Source: an uncultured Prevotellaceae bacterium (GTDB lineage: Bacteria > Bacteroidota > Bacteroidia > Bacteroidales > Bacteroidaceae). Taken from it: a stretch of DNA of 64,000 bases. Below the pieces are notes generated by a model. The model had not been told where the DNA came from, searched no databases, and worked only from the letters and a program-made list of their open reading frames with translations. The position numbers and the translations under genes were made by a program. The DNA lies in NCBI GenBank assembly GCA_902799905.1, contig CADCCB010000002.1, positions 36,810 through 100,809 on the forward strand, given 5' to 3'. Positions 1-7,797 of this stretch are shown one piece after another (the stretch's first letter is position 1; each line of letters starts with the position of its first letter).

Positions 1-1
1 T

Positions 2-481
2 GTGTTTTCTGCTGATTCGCTTGGTAAGAGCGCAACTCTTCCACGTATCTCTCCTAATGGTCGTTATCTGATGTTTGCTATGGCGGAATATGGTGTCTTC
101 CATATATGGCATCGTGATGCCGACTTGTGGATGCTTGACCTTTCTACAGGTGTAGCACGCCCTGCAGAAGAACTCAATTCTCCTGATACGGAGAGTTATC
201 ACTCATGGTCATCAAATGGCAAATGGGTTATATTCAGCAGTCGCAGGGATGATGGGAACTATACTCGTCCGTTTATTGCCCATATTGACGAAAACGGAAG
301 TGGTACAAAGCCTTTCGAATTGCCTTGTGCCAATCCCGACTACCATCGTCAGTTCATGAAAAGCTATAACATCCCGGAGTTTATGCGAGGCCCCGTCATC
401 ATCAAACCACAAACCTTCGCTGATGTACTCAAACGCGATGGCGAACCTGTAAAATTCATTTCCACCGACCTCACACGCTGA
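2..481 (+). CDS. TolB-like/PD40 beta-propeller protein, C-terminal part (5' end outside the window)
   Basis: PD40-like motifs RISPNGRYLMF and SYHSWSSNGKWVIFSSRRDDG; the ORF is open at the window edge. Confidence 0.8.
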   Translation: MFSADSLGKSATLPRISPNGRYLMFAMAEYGVFHIWHRDADLWMLDLSTGVARPAEELNSPDTESYHSWSSNGKWVIFSSRRDDGNYTRPFIAHIDENGSGTKPFELPCANPDYHRQFMKSYNIPEFMRGPVIIKPQTFADVLKRDGEPVKFISTDLTR

Positions 482-610
482 CTGGCAGTGAGTCTCAGGA
501 ATATCCCTAAAATCAGACAATGGGAAGATAACGGCCTCCAAGGCCGCAAGATAGATAGTCCCCGCAAGGGCATCTACATCCAAAACGGACGTAAGGTCGT
601 GAAGAAGTGA
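482..610 (+). pseudogene. 42-codon in-frame extension after the TGA, encoding a Prevotella-type C-terminal secretion tail (gene remnant or readthrough segment)
   Basis: Translation after TGA 479-481 is LAVSLRNIPKIRQWEDNGLQGRKIDSPRKGIYIQNGRKVVKK*, which matches the LQGR...KGIYIxNGKKVV CTD pattern. Confidence 0.6.
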
Positions 611-643
611 ACTGGAAGTTCAAAGTTGTATACTAACAAGCAT

Positions 644-675
644 GGGCAGGACGAAAAATCCTGCCCTGTTTGTTT
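644..675 (+). terminator. Intrinsic terminator
   Basis: GGGCAGGA-7nt-TCCTGCCC followed by TGTTTGTTT. Confidence 0.7.
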
Positions 676-826
676 GCAGATTCGGAAATAATCGGGGAGG
701 TCGAAACTCAAGGAGGAGATGAACAAGCAAAGCAAGTCGTTTAGCACAAATTATAAAAAACATGTTATTTTCAGCGGAAACATAAAGAAAAAATAATATT
801 TCCGCTGATTATAAGAATATTTTTTG

Positions 827-834
827 TATATTTG
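827..834 (+). promoter_or_regulatory. Bacteroidota sigma-A -7 element
   Basis: TATATTTG fits TAnnTTTG; upstream inverted repeat TCAGCGGAAA (771-780) / TTTCCGCTGA (799-808). Confidence 0.65.
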
Positions 835-865
835 CAGCGAATTTCAATCACAAGGAGAAACATCT

Positions 866-2290
866 ATGATTATTGGACGTGAAAAAGAACAACGTGAACT
901 GCTGAGTCTTCTCGAAAAGGAGGAGTCGCAGTTTTGTGCCGTCTATGGTCGGCGGCGTGTAGGCAAGACATATCTCATTCGCGAGACCTTTAACTACCAG
1001 TTCTGCTTCCAGCACACAGGTGTGGCCAAAGGAACACTTCGCCAGCAACTGACTGCCTTCCGAAACTCCCTGATGGCAGCAGGCATGGACAAGTGCAACA
1101 TACCAAAAAGTTGGATTGAAGCCTTCGAACTGCTAAAACGGTTCATAAATAATGCTCCTGCGGGGAAAAAGGTGCTCTTTATCGACGAACTTCCATGGAT
1201 GGATACCCCCAAGGGTAATCTGATAGGTGCATTGGAAAGTTTCTGGAACGGTTGGGCTACAGCACGTCGGGAGAAAGACATCGTGTTGATTGTATGCGGC
1301 AGTGCCACTTCATGGATCAGCAAGAAACTCCTGAAGGACAAGGGAGGGCTTCGCGGAAGACTGACTCTCCGCGTAAAACTCGTTCCATTCACACTCAGAG
1401 AGTGTGAACTCTTTGCTCAGGGAGCCAACCTTGCCCTAGGCAAGAAGGACATACTGGAACTATACATGATTCTCGGTGGCATACCCTACTACTGGAGTTT
1501 CCTGAAGAAAGGATTGAGTGTAGCACAGAATGTGGACCAACTGTTCTTCACGGAGACAGCCCAGTTAAGAGACGAGTTTGAAGCGCTTTATGCTACATTG
1601 TTCAAACGCCCGGATAACTATCTCAAGGTTATCAAATGCCTGAGCGACGGCAGACGTTCCGGCATGACAAGGGAGGAAATACTGGTAGCGAGTAAACTCT
1701 CGGACGGAGGGACATTCTCCACCATATTGGAGGAATTGGAAGAGAGTGGTTTCATCCGTCATTTTGCCTCTGCCGATACTGCAGAGACAAATGCATTATA
1801 TCAGTTGATAGACAACTATACGCTGTTCTATTACCTCTGCATCAAAAAGAATGCTTTTAGCGATGAGCACTTTTGGCTCAACACCTGCACGTCGACATCT
1901 CATAACACATGGAAGGGACATGCCTTTGAGCGTGTTTGCCTCCAGCATGTTGCACAGATTAAAGCAGCCCTCGGTATCTCTGGCGTACAGACAAACGTGT
2001 GTTCATGGTTCGTCCGCGGCACAAAAGAACGGCAAGGAGCACAGATAGACTTAGTCATGCAACGGGCCGACGGCTTTACGGACATCTGCGAGATGAAACA
2101 TTCCGCAAACACCTTCTCCATAGACAATGATTACGCTAAGGACTTGCAAAACAAACTTGACGCATACCGAGAACTATCGAAGGACAAGCGCACCCTTCAT
2201 CTTGTCATGGTAACAACGAACGGTGTTGCTCACAACAACTACTACAACATGGTACAAAAAGAGATAATCATGGATGAGTTGTTTACCTAA
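866..2290 (+). CDS. AAA/archaeal-type ATPase (ATPase_2-like) with a central wHTH-like region and a C-terminal DUF234/PD-(D/E)xK-like region
   Basis: MIIGREKEQ start, Walker A GRRRVGKT, Walker B LFIDEL, C-terminal QIDLV...ICEMK; ATG 866 preferred over the TTG start at 824. Confidence 0.85.
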   Translation: MIIGREKEQRELLSLLEKEESQFCAVYGRRRVGKTYLIRETFNYQFCFQHTGVAKGTLRQQLTAFRNSLMAAGMDKCNIPKSWIEAFELLKRFINNAPAGKKVLFIDELPWMDTPKGNLIGALESFWNGWATARREKDIVLIVCGSATSWISKKLLKDKGGLRGRLTLRVKLVPFTLRECELFAQGANLALGKKDILELYMILGGIPYYWSFLKKGLSVAQNVDQLFFTETAQLRDEFEALYATLFKRPDNYLKVIKCLSDGRRSGMTREEILVASKLSDGGTFSTILEELEESGFIRHFASADTAETNALYQLIDNYTLFYYLCIKKNAFSDEHFWLNTCTSTSHNTWKGHAFERVCLQHVAQIKAALGISGVQTNVCSWFVRGTKERQGAQIDLVMQRADGFTDICEMKHSANTFSIDNDYAKDLQNKLDAYRELSKDKRTLHLVMVTTNGVAHNNYYNMVQKEIIMDELFT

Positions 2291-2338
2291 AATGCCTGCA
2301 AGACATCTTCATCCAAGGTAGGCAAAGGTGTTAATTCA

Positions 2339-3190
2339 TCACTTGACCTGAACGACGAGATACCGGCTGGTGCTCCAGAACTGCTGAGGGTTCTTAATGT
2401 AGAGCACATACTGGCGGTTGGCATCGCGCTCAAGGGTATAACTGCCATCAGGATGGTTGGTGAGCAACTTGGCGTCACGCGACATCAACTTGATCTCCTT
2501 GTCCACACGGATATCGATCTTCGTGAAGTAGTCTTTATTAAAATTGGCCTGCAGCACCTCGCCGCTCTTCAGGATGTTCTGCTCTTTCAGTTCCTTTTTC
2601 GTGCCGAAGACAAACCAGGCGGTGTGCAGTTCCTTATCCTGGGTGCTGATGGTCTCCTCCTGACGGATATTTTCATCCTTCAGTTGTACGACATCATCGG
2701 AGAGTTGCATCACCTGCTCGTCGAGTTCGGCAATATGGATGTCCTTGGCTTCCAGTTCTTGACGGAGCACGGTCAGTTCACTCTCCTTCTGCTCCATCTG
2801 GGCCGTCAGGTTAGTCACTAACTTACGCAATTGCTCGTTGGAGTTACTACTCTGACGCAGTTGGGCGCGCAGTTTGTTGATGAGTTCCTTATTCTGGATC
2901 ATCGTCTCCTGTATGAACTGCATGTTCTCCTGGATGCGAGCAGTAGCATTGGCACCCTCGCCACGCCGTTCCACAGTGACACGCCCCTGTGCTTCGTTGA
3001 TGGCACGGAAGCCCTCCTCAATGCTATTGAAGGTCTCAAGCATGTCGTTAATCTCGTTGTCCTTCTGGACGTTCACCCGTTCCAACGAGTCAACCTTCTG
3101 GTTCAACGCGTCCGTCTCCTGCGTGTTAACCTTATCCTTACACGCTGTCAGTGCCAACAGGCACAGGGCCACAAAAAGCAATTTCTTCAT
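2339..3190 (-). CDS. Conserved coiled-coil lipoprotein, function unknown
   Basis: Lipobox LALTAC followed by a long heptad-rich helical region. Confidence 0.8.
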   Translation of the reverse strand: MKKLLFVALCLLALTACKDKVNTQETDALNQKVDSLERVNVQKDNEINDMLETFNSIEEGFRAINEAQGRVTVERRGEGANATARIQENMQFIQETMIQNKELINKLRAQLRQSSNSNEQLRKLVTNLTAQMEQKESELTVLRQELEAKDIHIAELDEQVMQLSDDVVQLKDENIRQEETISTQDKELHTAWFVFGTKKELKEQNILKSGEVLQANFNKDYFTKIDIRVDKEIKLMSRDAKLLTNHPDGSYTLERDANRQYVLYIKNPQQFWSTSRYLVVQVK

Positions 3191-3194
3191 TGTA

Positions 3195-3271
3195 TAACTC
3201 TTAATTCTTAACTCTTAACTCCTACTCGCCGCAGGCGACAACTCTTAACTCTTAATTCTTAACTCTTAACT
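3195..3271. repeat. Heptamer tract (TTAACTC)n with an internal TCGCC-GCA-GGCGA hairpin
   Basis: Read directly; the tract supplies the rsmI stop codon. Confidence 0.9.
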
Positions 3272-3943
3272 AGTTCCGCTACCAGCAAGTACTATGACTA
3301 TCTCTCCTTTTGGAGCATGCTCCGTGAAATGGGCAATAACCTCCTGCAGCGATCCTCGCACACTCTCTTCATGCACCTTTGATATCTCGCGGCACACGCT
3401 GACGGGACGCTCCTGGCCGAAGACCTCGGCAAACTGCTGAAGCGTCTTTACCAGACGATAGGGTGATTCATAGAAGATCATGGTGCGCTGCTCATCGCGC
3501 AGGGATTCCAGTTTGGTCTGGCGACCTTTCTTCTGAGGCAGAAAGCCCTCGAAGGCAAAGCGGTCACATGGCAGGCCACTGCTCACCAGTGCAGGCACAA
3601 AGGCGGTGGCGCCAGGCAGGGTCTGCACCTCAACGCCTGCCCTTACCGCCTCACGCACCAAGAAGAAGCCCGGATCGCTGATACCTGGCGTGCCAGCATC
3701 ACTGATCAGGGCGACATTCTGTCCGGCCTGCAGTCGCTGCACGACTCCCGCACTCGTACCATGCTCGTTGAACTTATGGTGTGACATCAGTTGGTTCTTG
3801 ATGTCGAAATGCTTGAGCAAGATGCCCGAAGTACGGGTATCCTCCGCCAACACCAGGTCCACCTCCTTCAAGATACGGATGGCGCGCAGCGTCATGTCTT
3901 CCATATTCCCCACAGGCGTGGGTACAATGTACAATGTTCCCAT
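3266..3943 (-). CDS. rsmI: 16S rRNA (cytidine1402-2'-O)-methyltransferase
   Basis: LYIVPTPVGNMEDMT, AEDTRTS, SDAGTPGISDPG, FYESPYR and RE(I)SKVHEE motifs. Confidence 0.95.
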   Translation of the reverse strand: MGTLYIVPTPVGNMEDMTLRAIRILKEVDLVLAEDTRTSGILLKHFDIKNQLMSHHKFNEHGTSAGVVQRLQAGQNVALISDAGTPGISDPGFFLVREAVRAGVEVQTLPGATAFVPALVSSGLPCDRFAFEGFLPQKKGRQTKLESLRDEQRTMIFYESPYRLVKTLQQFAEVFGQERPVSVCREISKVHEESVRGSLQEVIAHFTEHAPKGEIVIVLAGSGTS

Positions 3944-4207
3944 TCAAGGAGCAAAATTACAAAATAATTGAGAATTAAGGACGAAGAATAAAGAATAATG
4001 AAAGATTTTAAAAATAATTATGAATTCAACTCTCGGAAGCGATTGACGATTTGGCGATTTCTTTCAGTCGCTTCGCTTGGTGAAAGCGCTGGCAGAGCAA
4101 TAACCCAATATTGAAATTGAAAAACAAATTATGAAAATGTAAATGGGCGAGGCCCCGCAAATTGTAAATTACAAACATCCGAAATTCAAATAAAAATTTT
4201 TTTTGCA

Positions 4208-4281
4208 AAAAAAGTATCACATCTATCACTTTTCCTTTATTTATCGTGGTTTAAACGATGATAGATATGGTGAAAGATGTG
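4208..4281 (-). repeat. Left terminal inverted repeat of the DUF6078-VapE cassette; internally self-complementary
   Basis: Its reverse complement aligns to 6813-6885 with 60 of 74 columns identical by manual count; internal IR CACATCTATCAC (4218-4229) / GTGAAAGATGTG (4270-4281). Confidence 0.85.
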
Positions 4282-4345
4282 CTACATTTTACATTATTTC
4301 ACACTATTTATGGGTAAAATGCTTGCAAAATCGATGATTTTTTAG

Positions 4346-4353
4346 TATCTTTG
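4346..4353 (+). promoter_or_regulatory. Bacteroidota -7 promoter element
   Basis: TATCTTTG with TTGC ~20 nt upstream. Confidence 0.65.
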
Positions 4354-4383
4354 TAGGGTAATTACCAATAATGATTCAGTAGC

Positions 4384-4818
4384 ATGGAAATAAAAGATTT
4401 TGATTTCAGTCAGGTATCGGCGGGCTATCGGCTCTGCTTCAACAGCCAGTGTGAACGATGCGGCGACTGCATTCGCTACGTAGCCGGACAGCATCTGCCC
4501 GCCAACATCGAAAGCGGCCCGGCCATCTATCCCAACGCACTCGCCGACGGCCAGTGCCACTACTTTGTCGAGGCGTGTGACATCAAGGCCGCCTGGGGAT
4601 TCGAGCCCCTCTATGCGCATGTGGAGCCCCATCATCGCGCTCCCATCCGCAAGAGCATCACGGCCTATCTAGGCAGCGTGGGCACCTACTACCGCTACGA
4701 CAAGGGTGAGCGCCGCCTGAACATCAAGCAGCAGCGTGACATCATGGACATCCTCGCCAAGTATGGCTACACGGACGGCCTGCACTTCGCCCACTACGAG
4801 GCATCCTACGACTTCTGA
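4384..4818 (+). CDS. DUF6078-like Cys-rich protein
   Basis: LCFNSQCERCGDCIRY Cys cluster, C..F, and YYRY..GER.L....Q..I motifs typical of this Bacteroidales family. Confidence 0.75.
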   Translation: MEIKDFDFSQVSAGYRLCFNSQCERCGDCIRYVAGQHLPANIESGPAIYPNALADGQCHYFVEACDIKAAWGFEPLYAHVEPHHRAPIRKSITAYLGSVGTYYRYDKGERRLNIKQQRDIMDILAKYGYTDGLHFAHYEASYDF

Positions 4819-4821
4819 ACA

Positions 4822-4928
4822 TGTTCCAGGCCTTGGAACAACTTATTCCACCCCTTGGAATATTTTGTTCCACCCTATGGAACACCCTGTTCCAGATAAT
4901 GGAACAACCCGTTACACCCTATGGAATG
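4822..4928. repeat. Array of five 19-bp palindromes (TGTTCCA-N5-TGGAACA) at an exact 22-bp period
   Basis: Units start at 4822, 4844, 4866, 4888 and 4910. Confidence 0.9.
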
Positions 4929-4935
4929 AAAAGCA

Positions 4936-6804
4936 ATGACAATGAATATAACTCAGATCAAAACCACCAAGCAGAACAAGTGCCACCTGAAGGTGACCAC
5001 TCTGGGCGAGACCATGAAGAGCGTGGCTGATGATGCCACCTTCCAAACGGTAGACATGCTGCGCACCTTCATGCGCTATGCCACGTCCTATTCGTCGTTC
5101 AAGTACATGCACCGCCTACCCTACATCCTGCCTGCGGCAGCCATGAAGGCCGACAAGGGCGGCAACCTCGTCGTCGTCCACAACAACGGCCTGATAACCC
5201 TGAGCGTCGGACCCTTCAACGACTTCGACGAGGCTGAAGCCATGAAACGCCATGCTGCCGCCCTGCCTATGACGGTGGCTGCCGTGCTAGGCAGCAGCGG
5301 CAAGACGGTGAAGATCATCGTCAGCGTGAGCCGCCCTGATGGTATCGTGCCGCAGGGTGAAGCCGAGGCCGAGCAACTGTTGCAGCAGGCCTGTCCGCTG
5401 CTGTGCCGCATCTACGCCATCATCGTGCCCACAGCCACCAACGACCGCACCGTCACCATCAGCGCCGCCCTGCCCAAGGGTGAGACCATGCTGCTGCACA
5501 CGGGCTTCCGCATGACCTACGACCCGCATCCGCTGCTCTGCGCCAATCCTGCGCCATTGCAGTTGTCTGAGAAGATGGCAGTCTTACAGGACTTGTCATC
5601 GACGGATGCCGCTGCCAACATGTCGGACGCCGACAATAAGTCGGCCTCGACCGTCAGCCAGAAGATGCTGGGGCTCATTCAGATGCTGCAGGAGCGCTAT
5701 GCCTTCCGCATGAACACCGTGATGGGCTACCCCGAGTACCGCTCGAAAGAGAAGTGGCACATTGGCTGGCAGCCCGTCGACGAGCGCGCACACAACTCGC
5801 TGGCTATGGAGGCACGACTGGCTGGTCTCGACGTGTGGGACCGCGACATCAACCGCTATCTGAAGTCGAACATGGTGCAGACCTACAACCCCATCGACGA
5901 ATATCTGTGGCAACTGAGTGGCAAATGGGATGGTACCGACCACATCGGACGGCTGGCACGCACCGTGCCCACCCGCAACGAGCACTGGCCCCGCTGGTTC
6001 CGCATCTGGTTTCTCGGCATGGTGGCACAGTGGCGCGGCATGACCCACCGCTACGGCAACGCCCTCGCGCCGCTGCTCATCTCGCGTCAGGGCTACAACA
6101 AGTCCACCTTCTGTAAGTCGCTCATTCCCATCGACTTGCAATGGGGCTACTGCGACAACCTGGTGCTCTCCGAGAAGAAAGCCGTGCTGCAGGCCATGAG
6201 CCAGTTCCTGCTCATCAACCTCGACGAGTTCAACCAGATCAGCCCCCGTGTGCAGGAGGGTTTCCTCAAGAACCTCATCCAGTTGGCATCGGTCAAGGTG
6301 AAGCGCCCCTATGGCAAGCACGTCGAGGAGTTTCCGCGACTGGCATCGTTCATCGCCACTGCCAACGTCACCGACATCCTGACCGACCCCACCGGAAACC
6401 GCCGTTTCATCGGCATCGAACTGACAGGACCCATCGACACCTCCTACCGCATCAACTACAACCAACTCTACGCGCAGGCTATGGCTTTGCTCGATCAAGG
6501 CGAGCCCTACTGGCTCGACGAAGAGCAGACGCGACTGGTGATGGAGTCGAACCTACAGTTCCAGCGCCGTTCGGCCGTAGAACTCTACTTCTTCGAGTGT
6601 TTCGCCATCCCAGACACCTTCAACGACGGCGAGTGGATGAGCCCCACAGCCATCTACCAGCACCTGCGCAAGGTGGCAGGCTCCGCCATCGGCAATGTGG
6701 GCATCGTCACCTTCGGCCGCTTCCTCTCGAACATCGACGGTCTCCAGCGCCGCCGCATCCGCTCCGGCAACCAGTATCTGCTGAAAAAACTCGACTTCCG
6801 CTAA
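4936..6804 (+). CDS. BT4734/BF3469 (VirE_N)-VapE family protein: degenerate primase-like N-terminus plus SF3-like helicase domain
   Basis: YNPIDEYL..L..KWDGTDHI, variant Walker A QGYNKST, Walker B LINLDEF, RLASFIATAN, TDPTGNRRF. Confidence 0.85.
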   Translation: MTMNITQIKTTKQNKCHLKVTTLGETMKSVADDATFQTVDMLRTFMRYATSYSSFKYMHRLPYILPAAAMKADKGGNLVVVHNNGLITLSVGPFNDFDEAEAMKRHAAALPMTVAAVLGSSGKTVKIIVSVSRPDGIVPQGEAEAEQLLQQACPLLCRIYAIIVPTATNDRTVTISAALPKGETMLLHTGFRMTYDPHPLLCANPAPLQLSEKMAVLQDLSSTDAAANMSDADNKSASTVSQKMLGLIQMLQERYAFRMNTVMGYPEYRSKEKWHIGWQPVDERAHNSLAMEARLAGLDVWDRDINRYLKSNMVQTYNPIDEYLWQLSGKWDGTDHIGRLARTVPTRNEHWPRWFRIWFLGMVAQWRGMTHRYGNALAPLLISRQGYNKSTFCKSLIPIDLQWGYCDNLVLSEKKAVLQAMSQFLLINLDEFNQISPRVQEGFLKNLIQLASVKVKRPYGKHVEEFPRLASFIATANVTDILTDPTGNRRFIGIELTGPIDTSYRINYNQLYAQAMALLDQGEPYWLDEEQTRLVMESNLQFQRRSAVELYFFECFAIPDTFNDGEWMSPTAIYQHLRKVAGSAIGNVGIVTFGRFLSNIDGLQRRRIRSGNQYLLKKLDFR

Positions 6805-6812
6805 TCATCCGT

Positions 6813-6885
6813 CACATCTGTCACCAATCTGTCACCCCACAAACCCCGATAAACAAAGGGAAGGTGACAGATGTGACACTTTTTT
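6813..6885 (+). repeat. Right terminal inverted repeat; contains a perfect 15-bp internal IR (6811-6825 / 6863-6877)
   Basis: GTCACATCTGTCACC ... GGTGACAGATGTGAC; homologous to the reverse complement of 4208-4281. Confidence 0.85.
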
Positions 6886-6993
6886 CAAAGAAAAAAATTA
6901 TTTTAAAAGTAGCAGCGCTGCATGCATCTATCTTCTAATCATCTGCCGCATCCATCCAACAAAAAATGCAAAATGATGAGAGCGGTAGCAAAT

Positions 6994-7021
6994 TTTTCAC
7001 TTTTCACTCTTCACTTTTCAC
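6994..7021. repeat. Heptamer tract (TTTTCAC)x4
   Basis: Read directly. Confidence 0.85.
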
Positions 7022-7031
7022 TTAAATTGAC

Positions 7032-7039
7032 TACCTTTG
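7032..7039 (+). promoter_or_regulatory. -7 promoter element only 4 nt from the tdk ATG
   Basis: TACCTTTG. Confidence 0.65.
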
Positions 7040-7043
7040 CACC

Positions 7044-7622
7044 ATGATTTCATATCCAGCAACAGGCGAGGCACACCGCCCAGGAAGAATAGAAGTAGTG
7101 TGCGGCTCGATGTTCTCGGGCAAAACGGAGGAACTGATACGCCGAATGCGACGCGCCCAGTTCGCCAAGCAACGGGTGGAGATTTTCAAACCCGCCATCG
7201 ATGTGCGCTATTCTGAAGAAGACGTGGTGAGCCACGACCAGAAGCATATTCAGTCGACGCCTATCGACTCGTCGGCCAGCATCCTGCTATTGGCCAACGA
7301 CATCGACGTGGTTGGCATCGACGAGGCACAGTTCTTCGACGACGGCATCGTCGAGGTGTGCAACACCTTGGCCAACCACGGTGTCCGCGTCATCGTGGCC
7401 GGACTCGACATGGACTTTAAGGGTGTGCCCTTCGGACCGATGCCTGCCCTCTGTGCCATAGCCGACGAGGTGACCAAGGTGCATGCCATCTGTGTGCGCT
7501 GCGGTGCCTTGGCCTACGTGAGTCATCGTAAGGTGGACAACGACAGACGGGTGCTGCTTGGCGAGACCCAGGAATATGAACCGCTCTGCCGCGAATGCTA
7601 CCAGAAAGCCACGCTTGGGTGA
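7044..7622 (+). CDS. tdk: Thymidine kinase
   Basis: [32 protein letters not shown] and YEPLCRECY Zn motifs. Confidence 0.95.
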   Translation: MISYPATGEAHRPGRIEVVCGSMFSGKTEELIRRMRRAQFAKQRVEIFKPAIDVRYSEEDVVSHDQKHIQSTPIDSSASILLLANDIDVVGIDEAQFFDDGIVEVCNTLANHGVRVIVAGLDMDFKGVPFGPMPALCAIADEVTKVHAICVRCGALAYVSHRKVDNDRRVLLGETQEYEPLCRECYQKATLG

Positions 7623-7795
7623 TTTGAGGTTTGAGATTTGAGGTTTGAGGTTTCTTTCAGTCGCTTCGCTTGGTGAATGAGGTTTGAGATTTGAGGTTTA
7701 AGATTTGAGGTTTGAGGTTTCTTTCAGTCGCTTCGCTTGGTGAATGAGGTTTGAGATTTGGGGTTTGAGATTTGAGGTTTGAGATTTGAGGTTTT
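7620..7795. repeat. Composite heptamer repeat (TTTGAGR)n with two copies of a 27-nt cassette, 67-bp period
   Basis: TTTCTTTCAGTCGCTTCGCTTGGTGAA at 7651-7677 and 7718-7744; a third copy is at 4058-4084. Confidence 0.9.
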
Positions 7796-7797
7796 TT

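Larger units (their letters stand above)
4208..6885 (+). mobile_element. Putative ~2.7-kb TIR-bounded element: DUF6078-like gene, 22-bp palindrome array, VirE_N/VapE gene
   Basis: Long imperfect terminal inverted repeats around two accessory genes inserted between the core genes rsmI and tdk; no transposase or integrase and no clear target-site duplication. Confidence 0.6.

Noticed and set aside
4822-4928. CRISPR array
   Set aside because: The variable parts are only 3-5 nt, there are no unique spacers, and there are no cas genes in the window. The same applies to 45560-45667 and 7620-7795.
4180-6920. Target-site duplication for the TIR cassette
   Set aside because: The flanks are A/T-rich and no unambiguous direct repeat could be identified by eye, so the exact ends remain undefined.
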